A DNA stretch of 64,000 bases from Fimicolochytrium jonesii. Lineage: Eukaryota. Each line of letters opens with the position of its first letter. The first letter of the stretch is position 1. The notes under the pieces are model-generated. The model did no database searches and was not told the DNA's origin. It saw only the letters and a program-made list of their open reading frames with translations. The DNA is taken from contig NW_026515668.1 in NCBI RefSeq assembly GCF_025526975.1, forward strand, positions 496,001-560,000, in the 5' to 3' direction. The position numbers and the translations under genes were made by a program. Of the stretch, positions 1 to 15,159 are shown in pieces.

Positions 1-260
1 CTTCACCATGGTGGACTTCACAGTAGTGCTTACTGTGGGCGAAAATGGCTTTGAAGTGACTGTCCAAATGTCAAAATGGGAGTGTGTAGGGAAAGCTACC
101 GTGCACGTGACCCAGCGGGTAGCCCTCGCGACACTTTGTGAAGCTTCGGCATTTGACGATTTGACATCCCAGGCCCATCACCCTCTCAGAGAGCCACGTC
201 GGTATCACTCGCCAGCTTTCCAGCTTGCTACCCAGCTCCTCAGTGTCTCTCAGTACCAGC

Positions 261-686
261 ATGTTTCCCAAAAAAGTCTGCCTGTCGCTATTTATCTGCC
301 TGCTAGCACTGACGCCGTCGATATTCGCGTTCAACTTCTTCGACTTCTTCAACGATGGAGGGCAGCAGCAACAAAACCAAGGACAACAAAATGAGAGTGC
401 GGAGGGGCAGCGGGCAGCTACTGAGCGAGGTAGGGAAGCTGCAACAGTCAAACTGTGGGTATACTTCCCCTTTTACTCACCCAGGCGACGTTTTCCAGGT
501 TGTCCAGGATACATCTGCCCACAAACCGCGCACTGCGTCTCAACCCCATTAGCATGCCCGTGCCCCAACCCGACAGAGAAGAAGTGTGTAGTGGGTAGCT
601 GGTATGTCTGCGTGAGAGGCGACCAGACATGTGGGACGATCACCAAACTAGCGACGGGGTTGAATGAGGGCCACTCGGAGCTCTGA
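261..686 (+). CDS. LCL2: Small secreted Cys-rich protein, LCL2 (long chronological lifespan 2)-like; one in-frame intron 430-498
   Basis: Signal peptide, FFDFF..QQQQ, then CPGYICPQTAHCVSTPLACPCP..KKCVVGSWYVCV, matching the fungal Lcl2 cysteine pattern. The 69-nt GT..AG intron removes an atypical segment. Confidence 0.7.
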   Translation: MFPKKVCLSLFICLLALTPSIFAFNFFDFFNDGGQQQQNQGQQNESAEGQRAATERGREAATVKLWVYFPFYSPRRRFPGCPGYICPQTAHCVSTPLACPCPNPTEKKCVVGSWYVCVRGDQTCGTITKLATGLNEGHSEL

Positions 687-892
687 AACGCATCGAATGC
701 GGCGCATCGCACTGAAACTAGATTATGCACCATGGCATTGTATCATAGGACATGTTGCTTGCAGGAATAGATTTTTTGGAAGGTAGACTGCATTCATGTT
801 GGCGACCATGATCGGCATCGGCGACCTCAGCATAGGTACTATCAACATGACACATGGGGAAAGGGTCTATGTATATACGCCGCTAGAGAGAT

Positions 893-1208
893 GGGTGAGC
901 GAAGCGTCGGTTGGTTGGTTGAGCGGACGGTTGGGCGGACGGTTGAGCGGACGGTTGAACGCTACCCTGCTCGCTCCCTCGCTACAAGGAGGCTGGGCTG
1001 CGGTGGGCGGAGCGTAGCTCGCTTCGCTCGCAAAAGATCCAACGTTCGGCGAGGCTCGCTAACGGCCGTGGTTAGAGGGACTGCGCTTTTGGCGCAAGGG
1101 ACTTGCTTCGCTCGCCGCTTCGCTTGCCCTCGGGCTCCCAGACCGAACCAAGGCCGCGCGAGTGATGGAGCGCAAGGAACTCACTCTGCTCGCGCTCGCG
1201 ATCGCTTG
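893..1208. repeat. GC-rich non-coding repeat patch: three 12-bp (A/G)GCGGACGGTTG units plus several GCTCGC/GCTTCGCTCGC motifs; possible non-autonomous element
   Basis: Seen directly at ~921-957, 1017-1031, 1105-1125 and 1187-1208. Lies between the stop codons of two convergent genes. Confidence 0.45.
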
Positions 1209-1209
1209 C

Positions 1210-1872
1210 TTATGGCGACTTTGAAGGTTGTGGTTCCCGCACCATAACCGGAACCGAAACGGCGTCATTGACCACAGCTTGTCCAACGACTCTGAATCCA
1301 AACTTCTCGTAAATAGGTTGGGCCATAGGCGAGGCCTCCAGATACGCCGGCAGCCCCTGCTCATCAGCCTGCTTCAGACCCCAGCGAATGATCGGCGAAG
1401 CTGCCCCAAGACCCTGATGTTTGGGATGAGTGCAGATCAACTTGAGATACCAATGGGGCCGATCACCAACAAATTGCTGTTGCGTCGTCCCTAGCGCTTT
1501 CTCGAAGGCAGCCAGAAACTCTTCATCGCAGTCGTCTGCCGGCTCGTTAGGGTCCTTCTGCGGCGCGTGATACTCCTTTTCCTTGGGTTCCTTTGCTTCC
1601 TTCTTCGGAACACCCCAAATCCCGTAGGCTGCGATTTCCCCGGTATCCTGACGCACAACCTTGAAGAACTTCAAGCCGCGTTTTTCAGAGTCAGCAAGCA
1701 TCTGCCCGTGGCGGTATTTGACGTTGGCGAGACGGGCTTGGGTGGTGGTGCCTCTTGGGTTTATGTGGACCGCTACGATATCGGTCTCAAAGGCAGCAAC
1801 ATCGAGGTCTGCCACGGTGGGAATGTCGGATGAGTGTACAGGCTCGAGGGACAGCTGCGGCCTGACCGTCAT
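1210..1872 (-). CDS. GNAT-family N-acetyltransferase
   Basis: WYLKLICTHPKHQGLGAAS (acetyl-CoA-binding motif A) and AYLEASPMAQPIYEKFGF. Intronless ORF, first ATG at 1872. Confidence 0.9.
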   Translation of the reverse strand: MTVRPQLSLEPVHSSDIPTVADLDVAAFETDIVAVHINPRGTTTQARLANVKYRHGQMLADSEKRGLKFFKVVRQDTGEIAAYGIWGVPKKEAKEPKEKEYHAPQKDPNEPADDCDEEFLAAFEKALGTTQQQFVGDRPHWYLKLICTHPKHQGLGAASPIIRWGLKQADEQGLPAYLEASPMAQPIYEKFGFRVVGQAVVNDAVSVPVMVREPQPSKSP

Positions 1873-2414
1873 CGTATTGGTGAACCGCAAGTAGATGTGT
1901 TGGGAGGAGGTGTTTCTGGTGGTACTGTGGCGAGCCCGAGGGTTGACTTCCCAAAGCCCGAGGGTTTGTGGGCAAGCGTCAGAGCAGCGACGTCTGCGAC
2001 GTCTTAGGTCTGGCTGCGTCTGGCTCGTCCGAGTCGTCTGGCGCGTGATGTCGCCTTCTTTCCTGGTTTAATACTCGGACTCGATTCACTGCAACTCCCC
2101 TCCTCCGACTCCTTCCCGTTCCCCGCTACCTCATCCCTGCTTCACCCCCTGTTGCTCGCCCGCATTCTCTATCCGGCCCTGCCCGCTATCCACGAACACT
2201 GCTCTCTCGTCATAGCCCAGGTCTGCTCATTGCAACCCCAGCTGCAGGCAAGTTCCGTCGTCAGCGGCACAGATAGCTGAGTATATATAGAGTATACCTT
2301 CACCTTTTGGACTCGAAAAGTTCCGTAACGAAATAGCACTGCAAAACCGCTACGAAGCCCACAAAAGCAATCTCACCCGCACCGTCACATCCAAACACAA
2401 CCGACTCCCACGCC

Positions 2415-2816
2415 ATGTCCCAACAGTCTGCCCTCCGCCGCATCTTCTCCCTCCGCTCTCCCTACCCCTACCTCGCCGCCGCCACCGCCGGCCTCAGCTG
2501 GTGGACCTCAGTCGTCCTCTCCGGCGTAAACGTTCAAAAGGCGCATTCCGGCATCTTCAAAGCCGTCATGTTCCATCTCCGCCACGACCCAACCGCCAAG
2601 CAACTCCTTGGCACGGACATCACCTACGATGCCAAGCGGGATCATAGCGTGGAAGGAGACGTGAATATGCAGAAGGGGCGGGCGGATTTTAGGTTTGGGG
2701 TGCAGGGGAGTGAGGGGAGGGCGGAGGTGAGGTTTAGGGGCAGTGGGAAGGGGGATAATTGGACGAGTGAGGTGTTTACGGTGGTTACGCCGGAGGGGAA
2801 GACAGTTGAGTATTAA
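2415..2816 (+). CDS. COA1: Cytochrome c oxidase assembly factor Coa1-like
   Basis: Basic N-terminus and one TM helix, then FHLRHDPTAKQLLG..VEGDVNMQKGRADFRFGVQGSEGRAEVRF, typical of the Coa1 domain. Confidence 0.75.
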   Translation: MSQQSALRRIFSLRSPYPYLAAATAGLSWWTSVVLSGVNVQKAHSGIFKAVMFHLRHDPTAKQLLGTDITYDAKRDHSVEGDVNMQKGRADFRFGVQGSEGRAEVRFRGSGKGDNWTSEVFTVVTPEGKTVEY

Positions 2817-3325
2817 GGGGATGAGGATCGAGGAGAGGGAGATGGAACGTGTTGTCGTAAAAGCTCTGCAGAGCATATGAGGAAAAGCGGAAACCCTTGA
2901 GAATAGTGTATGGCATATTTAAGATTAAGAGCTGGGATTTCTTCAATGCGTTTGGAGGATATGTGGAAGGACGATGGCAACCGGCTCATGTGTCAGCTGG
3001 ATAATGCCAATGAACCCATCTGTCCACGAGAACCCTCTATGTATGTGTATCGAAGATCCCCTTGGCGGCTGGTTTGCGTTCGGGCACTCGCCAAGAGAGA
3101 GGATGTCGTCTCGTCGCGACAGGTGCCTTTTGACGCGACTGCCTTGCGGGAGCGCCTTCCCCACTCCCTTTCCTTTCCTTCGCAGACGATCTCCACCGAA
3201 TATCCTTACTTCAGTCGTTACCCAAAAACCCATCTCACACGCTCACATATCCCACCCGTAGGCCTCCCTTCACCGCTCTCATGAAGAAGCAGATTGGCTC
3301 TGCAAAACATTCATATTGAGACACA

Positions 3326-5030
3326 ATGGCCGCACAAGCAAACGACACCGCGCCCACTGCGGCTCCGGGCAAAGGAGAGCCGGCGGCTGACACCACGGAG
3401 GAACTCCTGAACTGGGACGATCCGGAGAACTATGGGCTTGCAGAGGAGGACTGGTATGGAGGCGAATTCGGCGAGGATGCAGGGATCGAAGGGACTGCTG
3501 AGGGTGGGGACCTTCAGGGTTCCGCCGTCGCCGAGATGTCTGCAGCAGCGAGCAGCGAAACTGTATTCGACACGCTGCTGGAGGACGGCGTGAAAATTGG
3601 AGCTGTGGTTGCAGAGAACGGAAGTTCAGCAGGAAAGGCGGAACGCATACCTTCGCAATCACAACCATCGGCGCAGCCCAGTTCCGATGCACCCAGCGCG
3701 AAAGTTACCGAGTCTCATAATGGCCTCCCACCGACCCCGCAGAGCCGTCCGCAGCAATATCCACCACGACGGCAGTACAACCAGCCGCAAAATGGTATCG
3801 GACGGCCTGTGCAGACGGGTTATCGAATGCATGGAGGCGAGCAGCGTCCACTGAGCATGCAGGGCGGTCGACCGGGGGCCTATGGCCATCCTGCTTCGGG
3901 CACAACTCTTCCGCCAAGACCGGGATTCCAGCCGCAATACAATGCATATGGTGGTGGTGCTGGGTATGTGTATAGTTCGAACTGTTGTTGGAAGCGGTGA
4001 TGGACGAAAGGCCTAATATCTCGACCTTCCCAAACGACAATCGTTCAACTTGCAGACCGGCAGTTCCCACCGGCCACAAGATCCATGTGAACCCAAAATT
4101 CGCAGCGATGCAAGCTGCGCGCTTCCACCCCTATGGCGCCGGAAGTCCGACTGGACCAACGAATCAGAGAGGGAACCAATACATGGGCGGACAGCAAGTG
4201 ATGCGGCCCATGGGGTATAACTCTGGGCCGATGGGCAACATGAACGTGGAAAGGAGGGTTATGGGAGCCGGGGTGGGACCTGGTATAAACGTGGGTGCGG
4301 GTGTGGGAGGTGGAATGGGCAGGGGAGTCAGAATGGGCATGAGCATGGGCGTTGGCACGGGGATGGGAAGCCCTGGCAATATGGGAATGGCGGCGCGTGG
4401 CCTGGGCAGGCCGAACCAGGTTAGTCTCATAATGCATCATCAAAGTAGAAACAACATAGTGACCCGTATGGCATTTGCAGGGTCCTCCAAGTCAGAATTC
4501 CTCATTTGTTCCAGGCCGGCCAGACCGACGTCTATCGAACGCGTCAAATGGCCATGCACCACTCAGCGGAAACGCACCGCAACAATTCCGTCACGATGCG
4601 CAACAGTCACCTGCTGGACAGGCGCCGCAGCCATCCGCCCAGCAATTGAACGCCGCGACGTCAGTGGCAACCATCAACGATCTCAGTGCGTCCACAACTG
4701 CAGAGACCCTAACGACCCTGGCTGCATCCAAAGGACTCCGTGTGGTGGTATGAACGATTGCACGACTGCTCATCGGAACTCGTCCCTTATCCACTGACTA
4801 AGCCTACCTCCTAAACCTAGAGCGTGGACAAAAAACCCGGTGAAACCGTGGCAAAGGTCTCTTTCGGAGCACCCGATGGTGCAAGAGTGTTCCGGAGGAT
4901 GTTTCACAAGTAAGTGTCGTCTCTTGGTGGCAAGCTCGTGCCTTGGAGTAGGTTCTTCCCGACCAACTCATCCCTTCTCCTGCTTAGAACGGATATCGAG
5001 GGTAGTCGGGTGCAAATCACCTTAACGTAA
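3326..5030 (+). CDS. RBM33-like RNA-binding protein (multi-exon)
   Basis: Acidic N-terminus (EELLNWDD), HKIHVNPKF motif and a G/M/P-rich linker. The spliced C-terminus NDLSASTTAETL..AKVSFGAPDGARVFRRMFHKTDIEGSRVQITL resembles the atypical C-terminal RRM of animal RBM33. Stop TAA at 5028-5030. Confidence 0.55.
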
Positions 5031-5344
5031 TTACCCGAAGCCGTCTCGATCTGTCGCATCTTGCCTCCCCAGGACCGACCATTATGTCTCAGCGCCGACG
5101 AACACTACTGCCGCAAGCCTCTTCCCACCCCATCCGAGACAAAAAAAAAGGCGTAATTGTAGTGAGCACCGAACTCTACCTGCAACTCTCGATCTATTAG
5201 CTTCGCCCCGTTTACTATCATACACATTGGGGTCGAACAGGAAAGACCGAATTGGCGGGGGAATATGTACATTGTGGTGTGGCAGACTGTCGCTGTGGGC
5301 GAGGAGACACTACACTGCCGGGATCATGCGAGACCGCACGCCCC

Positions 5345-6908
5345 TCACATACTGACATCATGCAATGCGGTGCATACGACGGCTTTCTGGTGGCCGCTGT
5401 AGTGGCGGATGGTTTCACCGGTCGCTAGGTCCCATAGTCTCGCGGAGTGATCTGAGGAACCTGTGATGTTGGGAAGGAATGAAAATGATGATGGTCATTA
5501 TCGTCAGAACACTGCCTGTATGATCGTCCAGTTGGTTGCTCTGTTGCGTAATCGTAAACGTACCAGTCACGAGATACGCCGAGTCGGCCGAAAACGCGCA
5601 GTCCCACACCCACCGCTGATGGCCCGTCAGCGTCTTCTCCAGCGTGAACTGTCGGTCCGCCGTGTTCCAGATCTTCACCGTGTGATCAGCCGAGCAAGTG
5701 GCCAGCACCCTGTAAAGTTCATCCGTTAGCAGTCCATTGCAGCAGATCGAGGGACGGGATTGTTCGTACTTTGTATTTGGACTCAACATGCACTTGGTGA
5801 TGAATTTGCTGTGTCCTGCGACCTTCGTGAGGGCTTCCAGCTGTGTCAGGTCGCCTGTGGTTTTGGTTTTCCACACATAATAGTTTCCCTGATGAGGATA
5901 TGGCCGTGTCGATCAGCAGACGTGCACGAGACGCGAGGGACTGCCCATCGCGAGTGTACGTACCTTGTTATTCGCGGCTACCAGAATAGATCCATCCGAC
6001 GCCATCGTCACCGATCGTGCGGGTGTGTCCTCCTCCGGGAGCTACACACAGAGAATCTGCAGTCAGGCCAACATTCCGTCTCCCTTTTCCCGACCAACTC
6101 TGCAGTTCCGCCCCGCTCTCGTACCAATTCATGCGTGCAAGCGTTCTCCCCCAAATCCCACACTTTCACCGACCCATTCTGATCGCACGATATCAGTTCT
6201 CCCTGATTTGGGTGTATTATGACGTCGTTTACTGGCGATTTGAGTTCATAGTCTCGTTGTATTCCCGGTGCCCTAACATTGAACAGATTTCAGACATCTG
6301 CACATCACAGCCGTAACGCGCGTGGGAGGGGACCAACCTCACGTCCCAGATCTTAATCGTCCCATCCTCGCTGCCTGTGACGATCCACCTCCCTGACGAC
6401 TGAAACCCGATCGCTGTTACGTTGCCCGTGTGTCCGTCAAACGAGGTAATCTACCATTCAGACGCGTCAGCCCCCAACGTCCAACACAACCCCAAGTCGG
6501 TCATTCGTTCTGCTTACAGGATTGGGGTTACTGGACTGGACTTCATACATCCGCACGTGAGGGTTCCCCGCTGCTGCTAGGTACCGCTTATCCGGGGATA
6601 TCGCCAGTCTGTTTACTTGCTAGTGCGAAAACAAGGGAAGGCGTCAGCCCCGTCTCCATCCTCCACCATACCCTGCTTATTCCAGTACTCACAGAATCGG
6701 CATGTTGTATCGTCCGCAGACATATTCCACTTAAAGCTTCCCAGAACCGGATGGTGTGGTCATATCCCGCGGTTGCGAGGACGACCTCGGTGACGTTTTG
6801 CGTGACGGGTGCTTGCTGTTGGTGCGGCGCTGGGTGAGGAGCCGCATGCGGTGCCGGTGCCGGGGCGCCACGATAGGCTGCGTGCTTTGGTGGTGCGGCG
6901 GGCGACAT
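5345..6908 (-). CDS. LST8: TOR complex subunit LST8 (WD40), multi-exon
   Basis: [55 protein letters not shown]. Confidence 0.95.
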
Positions 6909-7352
6909 TGCGGTAGGCGACAAGGTCGCAAACGATCTTCGGTTGTGGTGCTTTCGAGATGGCGTTGACTTCCGCTTTAGAGAATTAATTTAGCAGTGAG
7001 TTGAGCAGCTGTCAGCTTGGACCGCCGATCCTAAAACAATGTAGGTCGTCCAGAAGTTCAGGGAGGGCCACTCCAAGTTGTCAGTGATCTGGAAACTGTG
7101 AGTTGCTTATGAAGTCTTGCGTTGGCACAGATATGAATTTGAACATGTCATGATGAGGTTGGCGCGTCCTTCGGCTCGCAAATACGACGCTTCGCACAGT
7201 GCATTTATGGGCTTCCGCTCTAATTACGCCAGAAACATCTACTGTTAACTATCGCTGCAATTGCCCAATCTACAAACATAAATTAGACTCCCTAAAACAA
7301 GAAAGATTGCTCAGAATCGACCACGAGCAGCGACCAACAGAGGTCACGAGTA

Positions 7353-8871
<1,519 letters not shown>

Positions 8872-9220
8872 GCTTGCTATTGCTGCCGAACGGAATTCGC
8901 TGGTCAAACGTCCAACTTAGTCCATTCAGATTTCGAGCAAGTTCGACGTCCCAAGAGTGGCTTACGTTGAGGTAGTTTAATTCGGTTGCACGTGATTCAG
9001 AAACGCGTCGGGTGACTCATTCCAATGTAATGCGAGAATGGGCCACACCTGCCGTTCGTCGCTTCCTCTCAGGCCGCTGGCTCCTCCGTTTCCCACGAGA
9101 CGCTCCCAATCCGACCAGAACACGAAAGCAGCCATTCCCATTCGGAAAACGATAGATCGGTAGCAGTCAAGCGCGATGGCCTCGGGTGGAAAGTCTGCGG
9201 AAGGCTCCGTTAGGAGCCAC

Positions 9221-10854
9221 ATGTTGGTGCGTAGGTCGCTGGGAGTGGGTGCAAGTGGAGCCTGGGTCGGCAAGGGTGGCGAACCTTCAGGTTGCAGTCA
9301 AACCTCACAATCGTCCGACTGGCTGGGAAACGTTCTCAGTTGGGTGGACTGCGTATTGACAAACTTTCAATTCTCGTAGGCCACGAATATCCGCCGGAAA
9401 AACACTAAAAAGGGATTGGCGTTCACGGTCATGGTTGTCGGTATGTGGCGGGAGTCAGGAGAAAGGAGATCTTTGGAGCAATGCCTCTCGTTCGATATCT
9501 TCCAGCAATCGACGATATTACAAAGGCTGTTCTGACGAGGTTGGCCACCCTGCAGGATCCTCCGGTCTGGGAAAGAGCACTTTCATCAACACCCTATGCG
9601 AATCGCCAATAATCGCAAAGAGGGATTTCGGAAACCCAGAAAAAGCCGCCATAGAGAAATCCGTCGCTATAACACCCGTAACAGTTGGTTAGTGATCAAA
9701 CCGGAGTCTCATGGGTCTCAACCCCTCACAGGACTAACTGAGTCGATCTTTAGATATCGAAGAGGATGGTAAGATCTCCGGTTGAAGAAACGAACGCAGA
9801 GAACGGGGATTAATGAAGATATTCAGGCATCAAGCTGGCGCTGACTATTGTTGACACCCCCGGGTTTGGTGACAACATCAACAACGAGGGAACGTGAGTG
9901 ACTTTGTGCGGATCATGAGATCTTTCGAAAAATATGATCGCTGAACGCGATTTCAGGTTTTTGGATATTCTTTCCTACATTGAGAAGCAATACGACAACA
10001 TTGTAGCTCAAGAGTCTCGTATCAAGCGTAATCCCAAGTTCCAAGGTGAGTTGCGTTAGTTTCCACGTTTCTCGACATTCTTACATCTGGCTAACTCAGG
10101 ATCCCAGACAACCGCGTTCACGCACTTCTGTACTTCATCCCACCAACCGGCCACTCGTGAGTAGAACGGATCCAGCGCTGGAAGTCCTCGACGAAGTCGC
10201 TGAACTGTATTCCTCATCAGCTTACGCGAACTGGACATCGAGTTCATGCGGAAACTCGGAGCTCGTGTCAACGTCATTCCCGTCATCGCAAAATCTGATA
10301 GCATGAGCCCACCAGAACTGGCATCATTCAAGAAGCGTGTGATGGAGGACATTGCCCACTACCAGATTCCGATCTACAACTTCCCCTATGACGATGAAGA
10401 GGACGATGAGGAGACGATAGAAGAGAACAACGAGCTCAGGGTTGGTATCGTTTGACGTTTGCAAACCAAGTGGAAGAATGTGTCTGACATTCCCGCGAAT
10501 CTATTTTCGGACTTCAGGCCCTGTTGCCTTTCTCTGTCATCGGTAGCGAAGAAGAGGTTGCTATCAACGGGAGGCGGATGAGATGTCGCCAGTACCCGTG
10601 GGGGATTGTAGAAGGTTAGTAGCTGAAAAGGCGCGACCTCCTGGAACGGGATCACAATCTAATTTCCTTGTAATGCAGTTGACAACGCAAGACACTGCGA
10701 CTTCTCCAAACTGCGGTACATGCTCCTCAGCTCGCATCTGCAGGACCTGAAGGAGATCACACATGACTTCCTGTACGAGCAATACCGTACCGAGAAGCTC
10801 AGTGGGGAGGGAGGCGCCGATGGGGCTGATGTTGATGAGGAGGACGCGGAATAG
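9221..10854 (+). CDS. Septin GTPase (Cdc11/AspA-like), multi-exon; start exon inferred
   Basis: [14 protein letters not shown] (P-loop), [41 protein letters not shown]. Confidence 0.9.
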
Positions 10855-11257
10855 ACTGGGTTGGTTTCTTTGCGCAGTGCGTTTGAGAAGCGAAGGGCGA
10901 GAACAAGATTATTCGAGCAATGATGAGCGCGATATGTATAGACGAATTTTACTTCGGATGAACTTTGATCCACCTTCTCCCGGTTTTACGCATGACCCGT
11001 CCGAGAGAGATAGGGGTCTGGAGAGGTGTGAGATCTGTTTCGAACATGGTTGGATGGCTGCTTTACCAAATCCTACATACATCTTTGTTATTCGACCCCT
11101 CGTCTCGTGGCCTAATGTTGTCAAACAGCATCTCGCAGAGTGTCCTTGGTCTAGGCCTTTTTCGACGGGTCTTTGCGCTCTGACCCGCTCACATGCTACT
11201 CTATTTGATACGCACCATACGTTTATCGATCTACCTTGTAAATACACAATATCTAAT

Positions 11258-14200
11258 CTAAACAACGAGCTCGGACAGCTCGACTTTCCGGAACTCAACT
11301 GTCAAGCCATTGGATGAAGTGCTGGCATCTTCCACCGACTTGTTGCGGAACTGCAATTCCAGTGTATCTGCGGATGACCCTGGTGCAGTGGTTGCCACGG
11401 TTATGCGGCTGTTGAGAATGGAAAATGCGTTAATACATTGGTCGGATGAACTACGACCGCAATAGAGCGCTCGCTTCATACCTGTTGGTGTCAAAGAAGC
11501 GCAGGAAGTAAGTATGCAAGACGCGTTTCAGCGCCGTCTTGTCCACTTTATACAACTCTTTATGGAAGACTTCTTCTTCTTCCAAAGTCTTGAAGCCCTA
11601 GGAATCCCACAAAGCGTCCATCAGTACTTGTGTGCTATGGTGTACTCGGGTGACAATCGCGCTCCCAAACTTACCCTCAACACACTCCTCAACGCGCCCA
11701 CAATCAACCCTCCACTCGTAGACTTCGCGCTCGCAGCCTTGTAAGCCACCGACGCTCTCGCCGTCTCGATATGGAAATCGCTGCAGAGCTCCTCAAACCC
11801 GGCATCCGTCTGCAATTTATTGAGGATGCCGTAGAACTCGAGGAGGGCGCGATGCGGCTCGGAGGACTCGTACAGCTCGAACGAGAGTTGACCGGTCCAG
11901 AGTGAGATGTGGATGGACGCGTCGTATGCGTAGCCTTGACCGCGGATGGCGAGGTAGAGCGGTCCCTCGGCCCGAGTGAGGATTTCGGCGAGGAGAGTCA
12001 CTGCATAGTAATCCGGGTGCGGATGGGGTCGGAGCACATCGCATGGAACGATCTGTGCCAAGAAGGTGGTCGTTACTCCTGGGATGGGGATCAGGACTGC
12101 ATTTCCGAACGTTAGGTCGGCGGACGAGGCGTCGTATGGTTGACGTGGGTACGGGAACGGCGATTGTTGAGCAGCGCGGGTCACTGCTGTTGAACCTGAG
12201 CTTCCGTGCGTTTTGTTGTACAGTGCGACTTCTTCGTCCCAGATCTTGACCACCTCCTCAACCAGATGACTTGGAGACCCGTCCTGCACGGCAATCTGGG
12301 CAAACCCAGGGCCGCCAGTGGGTTGTGACGGGTTGATCAGACACGATTTAATCTGCTCCAGGGCTTCCACAACCTGCTGTACTCCTCCTGCCTTGATCTT
12401 CTCAATGACCCCCCTCAGGAACCCTTCCTGCCTGAACAGTGTGAGATACAGGTCGTTCCTGTTCCCTTCAACCGCTTTGTGCTGCTTGTCGAACGGAAGA
12501 GTCACACGAGTGCAGACGGCAGACAGCATATCCGGCCCATCCCGCTTCAGTTCGGTGATTTCGCTGAGTAGATTCTTCGCGATTGTGACAAGTCGCTCCT
12601 CCGTGAATGTAGTACACATCAGCACCTGAGCCAGGAAGCGAACCATCTTCGTCCAATCCTTCCGTTCCGCACTGGCTGAGAGCATGAATACTTCGCTCAA
12701 CCAGCTGGCGTTCCAAATCTCGTTGCCGAAACCAACGGCGGCTTCGTATGAGACAAAGAGGTCTGCGGATTGCCGGACAACTTCCCGGTAGTCCACGACG
12801 GTCGTACCCGTCGGTGTTTGCAGGGTCAGGGACGATTGGAACAGCAATTCCTGGAACAGGACGAGGTACGGCCGCAATGCTTCAGGGATGGCGTGTGTGT
12901 GCATGCCCAAACGTAAGTGGGAAAAGACGGTGTTGGTCTGCACGACCTGGAAGGTATCGAACGGCCTGCCTGTATCTCCCAGCGTCATGACTTCCATGAC
13001 CGACTCCAATTTGTCACATCTTGTCACATCCGCGACCGGTGGCATCTTCGCGACCGCGTCCGGAGTTAATATCACCCGGTTCTTCTCAACAGCGTCGTCC
13101 AGCACTGCTTTCAGGTGGGCAAGGCCCTTTGCCCCGAGAGCTTTTGCGCGCTCTTTCTGCTCGTCTTGTTCTTTCTTCGCTAGCTTCTCGGCCAGATGAC
13201 GGTCTGGGATCATGTGAACCTCGATTTTGGGGACATCGACTAGCCACCGGGTGACTAGATCCGACCAAAACTTCATGGGCTTGTCAGCCAGCTCTTCAAG
13301 GGTCTTCAAAATGGTTGCCCGAGTTCCGATAACGGGGCGACCATTTTGCGCTCGGGTATCCTTCAATGTCGAACTCGACGCCAGAGAGTGCCGGATGACA
13401 TCAGGAAGGATATAGGATGCGCACGCCTCCAGCGGTTCTTCCTCTAACGCCTCCAGAATCTTTCGGCGATGTCGGGAGAGCGCGCCTCGAATGGCGCTCT
13501 GTTTGCTTTCGCTCTCGGCAAGAAAATCGAGCAGTACCTTCATCATCATGTCGTGATAAACTCCGGGTTCGAAGAGTCTGAGGTCCTCCGCAGGACCTGT
13601 AGAACCCGCGTCCGATCCGCTCTCTGAGCCGTTTTCCTCATCGCTGTATTCAGATTCGGAGCCTTCCTCGTCTCCATCAATCTCCATCGAGTCCGAAGCA
13701 TCATCCTGATCAGCGTTGGACAAGGGTACTCCACTAAACACAAGCTCAATCGCGGTCTCGACATAGCCGCGCACTTCGAAGTCCACCTGAGAGGCAAAAG
13801 GCGTTTCCCGCTCTACAAAGGCTTGCGAAAATGGGGACGCTGATGTTTCGTGAAGATAGCGGAACAGGACATCGAGCGCTACGATCGTCGTTATGTCCTC
13901 AGAAGGTGGCCCTCGCCAGGCGTAGGCGATAGACCCCAGCTCTTCATCCGAGCACGGAAAGGGCACGGTCTCCTTGATCACATGCCCTGGACCTCCAGGC
14001 ATCTTTGGAACAACGATGGACGGAATCTTTGCGGGTACCTCCGACGCTGGTTTCGCTTCCAAGAGTCCATCCACCTCCGCCAGCTTCTTGAACACTTCGG
14101 AAGGAGGTACCTGCCCGCAGATGATTGTCGTGAGATTGTCCAGATGGTAGAACTTCTTGTGATATCTCACGATCTCTTCATTCTTCAACTTTGCAATTTC

Positions 14201-14851
14201 ATGCGTCAGTCCACCACATTCCCGAGAGTATGTCGTCTCGTTCTGGAACAGCAATCGTCGCAAGGTCAAGTCCAGAACATCTGCTTCCGTGTTTTCCCTC
14301 CCCGCCATCTCGCAGTACACAACCCCTTGGTGCTTTGCGTCCCCATCCAGATGATGCACCTCGGTCACAAACTGCTCCTCGCTGAGTGTTGGGAACAACA
14401 CGTGCTCCAAAAAGACCGGCAAGATCTCCAACATGCCCTCCGAACCTGCTGTTGTGATGGTGTACGCCGTATGATCTTCCGTAGTATAAGCGTTGGTTCC
14501 GGTGCTCAGACAACGGTTAGCGAGGGAGTCCAAGAAGCCTCGAGTATAACCGTTCAGAGTCGACCCACAGAACACCAGGTGTTCCAGGGTGTGAGCGAGA
14601 CCTTCATCCCCTTCCGCCAGAGTAGGCACAACAATAGACGCAGAGCATAGCGGACCGGGCACTGGGCAAAAGACCAGACGGAAGTTCGAGTCGTCGTGCT
14701 TGTAGGTTTTGATCTCTGTAGTCGTCGCAGGCAGAGCGAAAGGCACGGAACTCTCGAGGGAAAAGGTGCGCTTGGAGGCGACCATGGTGCTGAAACGGCG
14801 GGTTCTCGTAGGCGGCGACGGGATTGCTCTAGCAAACAGACGCCTTAGCAT
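11258..14851 (-). CDS. M16C/pitrilysin-family zinc metallopeptidase with a possible mitochondrial presequence; 3' end spliced
   Basis: HTLEHLVFCGS (HxxEH), TNAYTTEDHTAY, GVVYCEM, IRGQGYAY. Arg-rich MLRRLFAR N-terminus. Confidence 0.88.
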
Positions 14852-15159
14852 ACGCTCAGCACCGTCTTCAGTTGCTTTCCAGGGGGAGAGGAACGAACTT
14901 ATGCGACCTGCAATTGAGAAAAGCCCCTTTGGACTCTGCAGGGGACGAGGCGAACTTACGCGTGGCTTTCCCTCTGAGTCTCCGCTTCCCCGAAATTCAG
15001 AACAGGTGGGCGTGGGAAACACCAAGACTACCAAGATCATTCAGAAGACGCAGCACAGAAGACATATATAGGTGCCGTTCAAGGACCTCCATACGACCCA
15101 TATCGTTCCCGCTTCGCAACTCTGGGCGTGAATAGCGCATCCAACGCACATAAGTCAGA

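Noticed and set aside
13850..14650. Long antisense ORFs (here and at 62821-63687)
   Set aside because: Shadow frames of GC-rich genuine genes on the opposite strand.
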